Origin: Octopus sinensis
Lineage: Eukaryota
Direction: 5' to 3'
DNA: 64,000 bases
Assembly: GCF_006345805.1 (NCBI RefSeq)
Contig: NC_043011.1
Span: 14,148,464-14,212,463, forward strand
The notes beneath the pieces were generated by a model. That model saw nothing but the letters and a program-made list of their open reading frames with translations. It searched no databases and was not told the DNA's origin. Shown here piece by piece: positions 51,112-64,000 of this stretch. The first letter of the stretch is position 1, and every line of letters begins with the position of its first letter. A program made the position numbers and the translations under genes.

Positions 51112-52044
51112 TGTATTTGATTTTTTTTTTGTTTTTTTATTATCAAGTTCAATAAGTTCATATAGATTATTTTTTATTGTCATTTGTTGCATGAAGAAAC
51201 TCCACCCATTTAACGTTTAAGTAATTTAATCTTTGGAGTTCAACTTCTTGTCTCCCGTGAAAAAGATATTGTCTTTAGCACTAACGACTTTTCTTCTCGT
51301 TATGGGTTTAATATAAACTGTCTAAAAATTATTTTTGGCTCTTTTACACTAAATATGTTAGCCTGTACTTAATTACTGAAAAGTGTCCCTTTAAAAAAAA
51401 ATAATTTTTCTCCATTAGAAAAAGCAAGGTGACCATAGATTTAAATCAACACTTGTTTACAACACGTTCCTCTCCAATGGAAGTGGTAGTAGTGGCAGTG
51501 GCAGCAGTGGTGATGACTAAAAATAACCTATTGATATAAAATTTCTAGATTATGTTAAGGTATTATGAATGAAATACTGTCATTTCTGTACGAAATTCTG
51601 AATTTTTATTACAAAAAATAATATTGATAAAATAGATAACTGATCATCATTTTCAATTTTTAAATAATATACATGATCTGACTGCTAGTTTTCAATGTAA
51701 ACAAAAAGCACAGCAGTCAAAATTGTACCTAGAAATTCATTGGAATAAAAAAAGCTGGTTGTACACTGTAAAGAGTATAGAAAGAATTCAATGAGAAATT
51801 GAATAAATATAGTTTTGAATAAGAAACAAAGTGTTAAGTAGAAGTGATGGCCTTTGTGTGTAGAATACATGTAAGCCATCATGGTTGAAGAAAGGAGAAA
51901 AACTATGATTTGTTCAACATTTCGCTTTGTAGAAGTTTGTGATAATATCCTTTCCAAAGAATGATACAAGGGTGGGGAGAGTTTCTTGGTGCTATCTTTC
52001 ACAAAAACCATTTTAATAATATCAAACCAGTTGACAGCTATAAA

Positions 52045-52365
52045 TCATCATCGTTTAACGTCCATTTTCCATGCTAGCATGGGTTGGACGATTTTGACTG
52101 AGGGCTGGCGAACCAGATGGCTGCACCAGGCTCCAGTCTTGATCTGGCAGAATTTCTACAGCTGGATGCCTTTCCTAATGCCAACCACTCCGAGAGTGTA
52201 GTGGGTGCTTTTTATGTGCCATCGGCATGGGGGCCAGCCAGGCAGTACTGGCAACGACCTCGTTCAAATCTTTTTACACATGCCACCGGCACAGGTGCCA
52301 GTGAAGCGACGTTGGTAACGATCACGCTCGAATGGTGACTTTTTACGTGCCACGGGTACAGAAGC
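52045..52365 (-). mobile_element. Family E
   Basis: Same core and tail. Confidence 0.87.
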
Positions 52366-52549
52366 CATTTATCAAGCCGTTTATGTTTATCAATATATTT
52401 ATCATTACCACACAACACCCCAGGCATCATTTCACAACAAATATAAACAGAACCATATATGTTTTAACATTTTTGGTATCAGCCCTTCTGCGACAGCAGC
52501 TCCTGGTCCCATGGGACAAAGGCTTTCATTTTTAAGTGTTCATATTTAA

Positions 52550-53393
52550 GCCTTTATTCATATTTATTCCTTTATTCTGTCAAATGTAATGCATATTTAT
52601 TCACATTGTTTTCAATTAATTATAAATTATCTCATACCTTCAAGATTTAAATGAGGGATTGTTTATTTCTAGGATGACATTGTAGAGTAGGTGTGGGAGG
52701 CCAGATCTCTCTTTACTCTTTTATTTGTTTCAGTCATTTGACTGTGGCCATGCTGGAGCACCACCTTTAGTCAAGCAAATCAACCCCAAGACTTATTCTT
52801 TGTAAGCCTAGTTCTTATTCTATCAGTCTCTTTTGCCGACCCACTAAGTTACGGGGACGTAAACACACCAGCATCGGTTGTGAAGCGATGTTTGGGGGAC
52901 AAACACAGACACAAACACACACGCATATATATATATACGTATACATATATACGACGGGCTTCTTTCAGTTTCCATCTACCAAATCCACTCACAAGGCTTT
53001 GGTCAGGCCGAGGCTATAGTAGAAGACACTTGCCCAAGGTGGCACGCAGTGGGACTGAACCCAGAACCATGTGGTTGGTAAGCAAGCTACTTAGCACACA
53101 GCCACTCCCGGCCAGTTTCATCATAAAACAGGTAGAATACTTTGGCTGACTTCAATGCTAAAGTGTTAAGCCTTTAGCATTCAGATGACTCTGTCAAATG
53201 TACTGCTTAGTTATTCACATTGTTTTGTTTTTTTAATTAATCATGCATTATCATGTAACTTCAAGATATTGATGAGGTGATTGTTTATTTTTAGAACGAC
53301 ATTGTAAGGTAGATGGGAAAAGCCAGATCTGGTTGGTTTGAATGTAAAACAAGAATAACTGGGTCAGGTATGGTCAGTTTAAATGTTAAATGG
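52550..53393 (-). mobile_element. Two tandem MITE G copies sharing one TTAA (53166-53169); the first is split by SINE-A
   Basis: Copy 1 is 52550-52709 plus 53110-53165; copy 2 is 53170-53393. Confidence 0.85.
52710..53108 (-). mobile_element. SINE-A inserted inside TTAA MITE G
   Basis: MITE sequence gccagatct resumes as ggccagtttc after the SINE. Confidence 0.9.
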
Positions 53394-53469
53394 TTAAATT
53401 AAAACCTTCTATAAAAAAAAAGATCATGTTAAAATATTTGCAAAATACCAACTCATAGTGAAAAAAACT

Positions 53470-53990
53470 TATACCCTACACCAAACTTGCTGGCTCTGAG
53501 CCAGAATTTGAAACCATTACTATTATTATTATTATTATTAAGGTAGCAAGCTGGCAGAATCATTAGCACACCTGGCAAAATACTTACTGGCATTTCATCC
53601 ATCTTTACGTCCTGAGTTAAAATTCCACCAGTCGACTTTGTCAGGTGCCAGTTGAGCACAGGAGTTGAGTAATTGATTATTTCCCTCCCCCAGAAATTCC
53701 AGGCCTTGTGCTTATTGTAAAAAGGATTATTATTATTATTATTATTATTATTAAGTGAGCTGGCAGAACCGTTAGCACACCAGGCAAAACACTTAGTGGC
53801 ATTTGATTTGTCTTTATGTTCTGAGTTTCAATTCCGCCAGGTCAACTTTGCCTTTCATCCTTTTGTGGTCGATAAAATAAGTGCCAGTTGAGTTAAGGGG
53901 TTGATGTAATTGACTTACACCCACCGCACCCCACCACACACATACATACAATTTCATTGCCATGTGCCAATAATAGAAAGGATTATTGTT
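53470..53990 (+). mobile_element. Head-to-tail SINE-B' chain joined by (ATT)n
   Basis: Tail remnant 53470-53515, (ATT)n, copy 53540-53725, (ATT)n, copy 53753-53985. Confidence 0.85.
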
Positions 53991-54581
53991 TTATTAATTA
54001 CTACTACTACTACTACTACTACTATTTATTTGTTTGGTAGCTTTAGCAAAAGAGGTTGTGTGGTAGACCAGAGTGAATGGGCTAAAGATAGCTACTTTCC
54101 TCTTTGGTCAAGCCCTCATCAACTTTTTTCAAGTTTCACTTGAAAAGGAAAGTGAAAGTAGAGAAGGAAGTGCCACCTTCCAGTAATTTTGTTGAAAAGT
54201 GGACGAATGTAGCAAGAATGGTCCGAGTGAACAGACCTCCTCTAAGCATGCACCTATAGATTAAAGGAAGACAATATGGAGAGGGCGCCTGCCTGAGAGG
54301 TCAGGACAACTGTGGTTTTGTGGAGTTTCCGCAAGCTGCTCTAGAAAAACTCCTGCTTGGGGGGAATTATTCATCATTAAAATTTATGTTGTTACTGTTT
54401 TTCTACTTTTTACTCGCTTTTTTATGTAACCTTACATTGTATAGTTCTGTACTGTCCCCAACATTTTTGTGAACCCTTAGTGGTGAACAGAGAAAGCATT
54501 ATTATTATCCCCTCCCCCAAGCTGCCCTTGTGGCAAAAATTTGAAATCATTATTATTATTATCATTATTATTATTATTATT

Positions 54582-55140
54582 GAATGAGAGAGAAACGCAT
54601 GCCATCAGAGTGACACTGGGGTGCAAATATATAAGCCCAATATACCCATTATGGCTACCCATCTGATAAAGGTATGTCAGGCACATGCATTACAACCATA
54701 TGAGTGCGACATGACAATCTCATATCAAGATAAACAGTGCATGACCTTCAAGTCGAAAAAACTCGACTTGAATTTTCTTCAAGTCGAGTAGCCCATCCTG
54801 CTCAAAAGGTCCCTGAATAAGGTTTGTTTTGAGGATGATGAACAAAACACCCAAGTTTCCAGAGATGAATAATTCAAATCCCAAAGAATTCCTCTCAACA
54901 CATGGCTATAATGCTCCCCTACTACTTCTGCTCATGGTCAGAGATGCACATATCGTCAGACACCAAGGGACATGCTCAACTGGTTATGGTCAAACAAATG
55001 ACAAGCAAATCTGTGGTATTGAGCAGAATATTTGCTGTAGCCCATCTTTTATACCAAGACAAAACAATGTACATGATGACACATCCAATCAGTTAAGATC
55101 AGAAGCTGTGAGAACCACTAACTAGTATTGTATCAGGTCG
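54582..55140 (-). mobile_element. Non-coding ~560-bp element K flanked on both sides by (TAA)n
   Basis: (ATT)n at 54549-54581 and 55141-55158 on +. Its 3' end is homologous to 35646-35770. Confidence 0.7.
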
Positions 55141-55158
55141 TTTATTACTATTATTATT

Positions 55159-55490
55159 AAGGCAGTGAGCTGGCAGAATCATTAGCATGATGGGCAAATT
55201 GCTTTTCACCCACCTTGACATTCTGAGTTCAAATTCCACTGAAGTGCCTTTCATCCTTTCTGGGGGTTGATGTAATCAACTATCCCGCTCCCCCAAATTT
55301 CAGGCCTTATGCCTAAAGTAGAAAGGATTATTTTTATTTTTATTAAGGCAGAGATCTAGCTAAACAATTAGTATGCTGGGAATAATGCTTAGTGGCATTT
55401 CAACATTCTGAGTTCAAATGTTGACAGTGCTTTCACCCTTTTGGGGTCAATAAATAAGTACTAGTTGAACACTGATGGGTGGGGGGGGTC
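55159..55490 (+). mobile_element. Two further tandem SINE-B' copies
   Basis: Heads aaggcagtgagctggcagaatc and aaggcagagatctagc, each preceded by ATT-rich sequence. Confidence 0.78.
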
Positions 55491-55673
55491 AATGTGGAGT
55501 TTTAGCAACTGTCAAGCCTTGAAATATTTAGAACTCTTTAGATTATAAGTTCAGATCTCAACCTATCGTTATAGACTGCTCTTCATTCTAGGGTTTCTTC
55601 ACTGCAGAACAGGGAATTATGTATCAATAACAAGAACATAAAGGGCCGATACAGACAGACAATTTTTCTTTAA

Positions 55674-55973
55674 ATTTGTTTTTTGTTTGTTCCTTCTCGA
55701 GCCCTGCCTGGCTCATAAGGGCCGGGTTTCCCGGTTCCCCACATGGACGGGGCGTCGGTCCGTGTTGCAGGTGAGCTGCAAGATGCAGGAGGAAAGAGTG
55801 TAAGAAAGTTGTGGTGAAAGAGTCAGCAGAAGTTCGCCATCACCTTCTGCCGGAGCCGCGTGGAGCTTAGGTGTTTTCGCTCATAAACACACACATCGCC
55901 CAGTCTGATATTCGAACCGGCGATCCCTCGACCGCGAGTCCACTGCTCTAACCACTAGGCCATGTGCCTCCAC
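55674..55973 (-). mobile_element. SINE-C-like head with tail type 3
   Basis: 15-bp TSD acaatt(t/c)ttcttaaa (55659-55673 / 55972-55986). Confidence 0.88.
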
Positions 55974-56036
55974 AATTCTTCTTAAAACTAATTATTTCTT
56001 CATGGAATTCTATTTGAACCAATGACCCCAGTTTAA

Positions 56037-56255
56037 CCCATTAGCACCCATTCCTTTATCAAATGTTATGCTCATTTATTTATATTGCTTTGAATTAATC
56101 ATGCATTATCTTGTAGCTTTCCGATTTCAATGATGTGATTGTTTATTCTTCAGAATGACATTGCAGGGCAGGTGTGAGAGACCAGATCTGACCAGCTTGA
56201 ACATAAAGCACGTAGAATATTTGAGCCTGGTATGGCTGATTTAAATGCTAAAAGG
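56037..56255 (-). mobile_element. MITE G
   Basis: TTAA 56033-56036 / 56256-56259. Confidence 0.88.
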
Positions 56256-57327
56256 TTAAAATCACCTGCTATGGAGCTGATATCTCTAACAGAATTTTTA
56301 AGATAAAATAAATTTCCTGCATGGCTTTTCAACAATTCATTGTACCTGTAGTTTCACTATAAGTATATGAGTAAAAATTCTTATATAGACACAAGGTCGG
56401 AAATGCTTTGAGAAGAAAGAGCTGATTAACCAACCTCAGAACTTCACTGGCTTTTTATTTTATTGGTCCAAAAGAATAAGAGGCAAAGTTGACTTCAACA
56501 AAATTCAAACTCAGCTCTTAAAGAGCTGGTATAGGTATAATTTTGTCTAACACTAATATTTCTACCGATATGCCATCCCTGTAAGCACATAAGCAGTAAA
56601 AGTTTATTACAAAAGACAAGAAAACCTAAAGCATGAGTGTAGTGGTGACAGGAAGGAAGCTTCAACAGTGTGTCTGAACCACTAGAAATGGCAGCCAAAT
56701 CTCCCCAAGGTAATATCCTACCATCTTAAAGAAAACAATAAAGAACATATTATGTAATGTAGTTCTAACTATATGATTTATGGTAAAAAAAAAAGAAGAT
56801 GGAATGGTCATGGCCGGAATGATTTTGATTATGATCAAGGTTGATCAGATTGGTGCCTGGTGCAGCCTTCTGGCTCGCCAGCCCTCAGTCAAACAGCCCA
56901 ACCCATGCTAGCAAGGAAAGCGGACGTTAAACAATGATGATGATGGTGATGTTGATCTGGGACTAAACAACAATTTTGGCATGACCTCACTTGTCATTAA
57001 AACTCTACAAAGATGAAAATAAACAAACCATTGCAACTTAACCTTTATTTGAATCACGAGGGTTGGTGGCGGCGTTTGTGGTGCGGTGTAGTGGAGTGGA
57101 GGTGGAGGTGGAGATGGTGGTAGTGTGGTAGAGAAGGAGGTTAAAGCTATTAAAGCCACAATTTTAGCTGGGGGGGGGGGGTCTAGAGATGAAGAAGACA
57201 AAGTTGAATGAAGGAAATTATAACAAGTAACAATTAAGAACAGGCTTTAGTCTGACAATCCAGAAATGACAGCCATTTAGTAGGGTTCGCTGGGAGATCT
57301 GATCAGGAAAAACATACAGATAACATA

Positions 57328-57499
57328 GGTGCAGGAGTGGCTGTGTGGTAAGTAGCTTGCTAACCAACCACATGGTTCCAGGTTCAGTCCCACAGCGTGG
57401 CATCTTGGGCAGGTGTCTTCTGCTATAGCCCCGGGCCAACCAATGCCTTGTGAGTGGATTTGGTAGACGGAAACTGAAAAGAAGCCCGTCGTATATATG

Positions 57500-57534
<35 letters not shown>

Positions 57535-57757
57535 TTGTGTGTCTGTGTTTGTCCCCCTAGCATTGCTTGACAACCGATGCTGGTGTGTTTATGTCACCGT
57601 TACTTAGCGGTTCGGCAAAAGAGACCGATAGAATAAGTACTGGGCTTACAAAAGAATAAGTCCCGGGGTCGAGTTGCTCGATTGAAGGCGGTGCTCCAGC
57701 ATGGCCGCAGTCAAATGACTGAAACAAGTAAAAGAGTAAAAGAGTAAGAGTAAGAGT
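57328..57757 (+). mobile_element. SINE-A full length
   Basis: Family match. Confidence 0.93.
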
Positions 57758-59060
57758 ATATCACATAATCAGGATGAAAATGCGGTGGAATTAGGATTGC
57801 AGAGAGGAGCGGGATACAGGCTTCTGAGATGGTAATGCAAACAGGATAAAACATGGAAACAAAAGGGAGAAGGCAGCGGTGGTGGTGGTGGTGGTGGTGG
57901 AGGAGTACCTGCCCCCTATAAACACACACACACACCTTCCGTGCACACATACATATATGTGTCTATATATAATCCGCTCATATTGAATAATGGTCAATAC
58001 TGAAATGATACCAATGGCCATGAATAGAGGTGAGAAAAGGTGGGTATAGGAACTGTAAGAGCTGACCAGAAGGGATTGGAACTGGGTGAATTCACTGGGT
58101 TGAGGAAGGGAGAGAGAGAAAACACTAATAAATAAAAAAGGGATGGAAATACACACATTAACAGCAGCAAGCAAGCTAATGGGATAAAGCATATCACACA
58201 CACACACCACACACACACATGCGTGCACACAAACACACACACACAAATACACACACACATCAGCTGGTACCAGTTTTTTTCTTTCTTTCAGCTACCACTC
58301 CCTTACTTTGTTCAACATTTCCTCTTCCCACAAACCCCCTGCTCCCCTGCAACACCCACACACACTGTCCTCCTATCCAAGCCTTAGAATTATTGAAAGG
58401 TGGGTGGAGGAGGAGAAAGGAAGTACAAGAGAGTAATAAAAGAAGATGGAAGTAGGAGAAAGAAAGGAAGAGAGAGAGAAAAAGAAGAGTAGTGGTTTCC
58501 AATGAGTTCCATCCATGATTCACATTGAATCATTTCCATCCCAGCATAATCCCTATTTTCTTTTCCAGCTGGGCAGGCTGTTTCATCTGCTCTCCTTTAT
58601 TATAACACCAGTCGCTCTGTGTGATGTATGCCCGTTCCAACCTCCAGCAGACACTTCACTATATACACACACATACACGACTCTCTCATCCCTCACTTCC
58701 CATCTCTCTCTCTCTCTCTCTCTCTCTCCTTCATGCACACGCATACAGCCTCCAACAATCTTAATACACGGAAAATTAGGATCATTTACTGCGCCGAGTT
58801 TTCAATACTTGCAATCCTGCACTGATTTACTGCACAGTTTTTGTCATTCAGATGTTACGCACAAACGAAACGGAGACAGTAAAACTGAAGTAGCCAACTA
58901 GGTAAATCATCACACTGCCTGCCCATGAATCACAAGTTCAAATCCACTGCAAGTGCTGTTCTGTGTTCCTGGGGCAGAAAGAACACTTGATTCAAATTTG
59001 CATTACTTAACCTGTCAGGCAAATCACCTTGAAAATTTATTTTCAAATATCTATTTATTT

Positions 59061-59922
<862 letters not shown>

Positions 59923-60318
59923 ATTCTTATTTTGAAATCTAATTCAAACACTTATGGAGAGATATATTCTTATTAAAAATACAAATGCAGAAAAGGTTAA
60001 TGCTTATAGAGCTTTAAGAATTTGATTGGGTTTCCCAAATATGATTTTTCATTAAGCAGGCTAGTTACTGGTTAGTAATTGTTGTCAGCCCTCTCAGATA
60101 CTGTTTCTGTACTACATGTCCCGCAACTGTTCAAAAGGAATATTAATTGATCTCAGAGGGTCTGTGAAAGCCATAGCCACAGTCCCTCTTCCTTGAAAAA
60201 AATAAGCAAAAAGTTGACATTTGCTGGAAAACTGTGGGATGAGTGGAAACTCCAGAGGGTTTGAGAGTAAGGATTGGGAATTAAACTGTATGGGCGATGG
60301 GAGTAGGAAAGACAGGTG

Positions 60319-60718
60319 GGATCTTTTTGGTTAACATAATTTCTAGGTAACTAAAAAATTTTAGACTTTGTATACTGGTAGAATGTGTTTATAAAACATC
60401 TTTTTCTCCTGGCTTTATTGAGAAAATTCTATGGTTTGTAAGATATTTGTTGTTTTTTTTCTTCAATTTCTGCAATTTCAACCACTCACTGATGTCTATT
60501 GAGGTAAAAAAAAAACATTCTGTGCCGTATGAATATGTCCCTCGTTTAAGAAACAGATTGGGTTTATTTAAATTTCTGAAGAAAAAAAGATACCCTTCCC
60601 CCCACCCCTAACCCTAAAACAGATTGAAATGCAATAGATCGATACTAGGGTCATAATTATGGGTGACAATTTCATATGACACCGCTAGAAAAAACTGCCG
60701 TTCAAACCAAAAAGATCC
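60319..60718 (+). mobile_element. MITE H (left TIR partly deleted)
   Basis: TSD gacaggtg (60311-60318 / 60719-60726). Confidence 0.93.
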
Positions 60719-61084
60719 GACAGGTGTGTTGGATAAAAGTAACATGTGACCAGCTAGTTCAGGTGAGCATAAGCAAACGTAGTAATGACAGAAGAGACAG
60801 AGAAATGAGGTAATATGCCTGCAGGTTTGGGATTGTAATATGAGCTATGTACAGTCTTGTTCTTTAAATATTTGATGTAAATCAGGGGTTCTTGACCATT
60901 TTTCATCTATGGACCTCTTTGATTACTATTTCATTCTGGTGGAACCCGAATAGCCATTCAATGATCAAAAACTAGATTTATTGAAACTTCTTTCGTATTT
61001 CCAGTTTTGTTTTTCACTCATTAACTTGTATAGGTTGAACTATGCAAAATGTTAGAGATAGAAATTTCTTGCAATAAATACCAA

Positions 61085-61290
61085 TACATACATCTAAATA
61101 AAAATAAATAAATGCGCCCTTTTAAAGACTAGCCAGGTTCGTGGGACCAGTTTCCCAGTTTCTATGGAGTATGTGTTCCCCAGCTGAACGGGGGCGCCAG
61201 TCCATCGCAGCGTTACTCATTTTTGCCAGCTGAGTGGACTGGGGCAATGTGAAATGAAGTGTTTTGCTCAAGAACACAGCGTTACAAGAT
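61085..61290 (-). mobile_element. CORE SINE variant (3' part)
   Basis: cagctgagtggactggggcaatgtgaaatgaagtgttttgctcaagaacaca. Confidence 0.72.
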
Positions 61291-62474
61291 GCAAAGGGTG
61301 TGTGTGTGGTTTGAAGAAATGGGGTGGTGCTACTGGCTGATATTTCTAGCATGTCAAACATACACACTGAGGCCTCCATGTTGTCATTCAAAAAGCATTA
61401 CACAAGAGCAAATGAACAAACAAGTTCCATAACTTCTGGAGTGTTGGGGGTGGGGTAGTAGAGGAAATCTCTGGGAAGGTATTTTTCAGGCAGAATTATG
61501 AAAAATATGAAAAAAAAAAAAAAAAAGAAAGAAAATGAAAAGGGGTGAGATGCTTATTCAACACACCTGCCCTTTTTGTTTGTTGGTCCCGATTTCCATC
61601 ATGAAAATAGGAATGAATGTCAGTCATCATCATCATAATAATAATAATCATTTAACATCTGTTCTCTATGCTGGCAAGGGTCAGACGGCTTGACAAGAGC
61701 TGGCCAGCTGCCCAGGCTTCATTAGTCTGTTTTGGCACGGTTTCTCTGACTGGATGCCAACCATTTTACAGAGTGTACTGGATGCTTTTACACGGCACTG
61801 GCACAGATGCTAAAAGCACCAGCACCCACAAGTCTGCAAGACCAGGATCTCTCAGGTGCAAGTGAGTAGTAGAGGATGTGCAGCTGCAATTCATGGAACA
61901 ATTACAGTTTTACTTAGTTTGATATGTCTTCTCGTGCACAGCAAATCACTAGAAGTCTCAGTCCCTTGTTGTCTCCTCACTGAGGCCCAATGTCCGAGGA
62001 TCCTTTCTCATCACTTCCCTCCACAATTAGAGATCGGCACTTCTTGACGCAGCTGTCTTCAAGGTATCATATTAAGCAGCATGGGGTAGGTTGAAGGAAG
62101 TGGTGCATTGGGTGGATGTAGATATAAAGGGAAATATTAGCAATCAATCAGTGCTTTCAGCACCAAACTTATACTTTTTGAAACAACACTAAACAAATAA
62201 CACAAAGTAGTAAGGAATTCTAAGGTGAGTTAAACAGCATCCCCACCCCACCACACTCCTCATGCAAGTATTTTGGCCCTTAACTCCTTACACTAAGGGA
62301 GTAAAGCTGCATCCCAAACATATTTCTTGGAGATCCCTCAGCTGCTATACTCTATGCTAGTGTCTGCACTGCAATACCCCTAGTTAGTTAAGGTGCCCCA
62401 GAGCCAAGGTACCTGGGGTATTGTAATCAGTTCAGCCTGAAATACTAGATGACTATAGGATGTCTGTATCCCCT

Positions 62475-62590
62475 CCAGGGATACAGGCATCCAGCAACAG
62501 GACCTCCGTAATGCTATGATAGACCGTGAAGTCTGACGTAGCATAGTAAATTCCATTGTCTCGACCACAGTCGAACAATGGTGATGATAG
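62475..62590 (+). mobile_element. RTE/RTEX-like LINE extreme 3' fragment (same family)
   Basis: SRDTGIQQQDLRNAMIDREV*RSIVNSIVSTTVEQ plus gatgat. Confidence 0.82.
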
Positions 62591-62980
62591 GGTAAATTAT
62601 ACTTTCTGAAATTCAACAAGGTAATTTTAATTAAAAAAAAAAACAACCCAGTTAATCTATTTCCTTACCAGTGTGTATATCTTTCAATGATATACATCAC
62701 AAAGAAGGAAAAGGTCTATTTTACATGTAGTTTCTTACGGTTTTACCATTTACTATTTTATATTTATTTCTCGGCAGTGAAATTCTCAGCTGAATTATTG
62801 TAAATGCCACCATTTTAATGTTAGCAATGCAGGAGCCTCTACATCAGTAATTTTCAACCAGGGTCCATATGGACCTTTAAAGTTTCTATAAATTTTTCTT
62901 AAAATTTGTGTGTTGTAAACTGGTTATATTTCTACAATGCACAAACTATTTAAGCAATTTTTCACACAATTCCTAATATT

Positions 62981-63375
62981 TACTCTTTTGTGGCCATGCT
63001 GGAGCACCACCTTTAGTTGACCAAATCGACCCCAGGACTTATTCTTTGCAAGCCTAGTACTTGTTCTATCGGTCTTTTTTTGCCAAACCCCTAAGTTAAA
63101 CACACCAGCATCAGTTGTCAAGCGATGGTAGGGGGACATACACAGATATACACACATACATATACACACACATACATATATATATACACACACACACACA
63201 CATATATATATACGACGGGCTTCTTTCAGTTTCCGTCAACCAAGTCCACTCACAAGGCTTTGGTCAGCCAGAGGCTATAGTAGAAGACACTTGCCCAAGG
63301 TGCCACGCAGTGGGACTGAACCGGGAACCATGTGGTTCATTAGCAAGTTACTTACCACACAGCCACTCCTACGCC
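62981..63375 (-). mobile_element. SINE-A near full length
   Basis: Family match. Confidence 0.9.
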
Positions 63376-64000
63376 TATAATCATAAATATAAGTTTTTAG
63401 ACACCGAGTGGCTATTTTACTCAACCTTGAGTAAAATAGGAATCAAAAGGGTCCAGTGGCAAAAAATGATTGGGAACGTCTACTCTACGTAATCAGTCAA
63501 CTTGCTAGAAATAACAAGATATTTCAACTCATATCACCATCTACCACCAATCAGACAAGTATGGTCATGGTTGGAATGCCTTTGATCATGGGATCATTTG
63601 ATCATGACTCTAAACTGGGGCAAAACGACAACCAACAAAGAAACCTCTATATGGTCACTCAATGTTTTAGAAACATCAGCTAACTCTACCTTAAATCACA
63701 CATTACTCTCTTAAAAGGACATCTATAAAGACATTTCATAAATGCTGTAAGAGGGGGGAAAAGAAAACAGATGAGCATGAATGGAATATTTTTGATCACT
63801 GCTCTGCCCAACTGGTATTAACTTGTAGCTACACATCAACAAGTTGGATTCTGGCAACAGGCCGACAACGAGCTGTCAAACAAGGCATTTTACTTACTCA
63901 TACCAAGGTCATCCAAACTAGATATTAAGCTTTAGTTCATCTCAAGAGTTGACCAACTAATACTACAAGTCAGGCAAGTGATGATGTACCGAATGACCTA

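Overview
Eukaryotic, AT-rich, repeat-dense genomic DNA. The SINE/MITE complement and (TA/CA)n load suggest a coleoid cephalopod, probably Octopus (inference, not verified by search). The main feature is a complete minus-strand Polycomb gene of the PCGF3/PCGF5 (l(3)73Ah) type, reconstructed by eye from 7 GT-AG coding exons: 33316-33208, 31081-30985, 26779-26724, 25246-25181, 21439-21210, 17231-17151 and 15661-15617. These give 684 nt, 227 aa plus stop, with all splice phases compatible, an N-terminal C3HC4 RING and a C-terminal RAWUL-type domain. The ORF track shows only fragments of it in frame (exon 5 is the only recognisable one). A probable spliced non-coding 5' end of a second minus-strand gene lies at about 4341-4600. 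The rest is mobile DNA: several tRNA-derived SINE families that exchange modules; 3' fragments of HERO, R4/Dong, CR1, RTE and RTEX-like LINEs; TTAA (piggyBac-type), hAT-Charlie and 8-bp-TSD MITEs; non-autonomous Helitrons; and very long microsatellites. No CRISPR array, rRNA or genuine tRNA gene was seen. Exon, TIR and TSD coordinates were counted base by base; SINE and LINE boundaries are approximate (about +/-10-20 nt). Family letters A-M are my own labels. Named clade and domain assignments come from recalled consensus motifs and need Repbase/Dfam confirmation.
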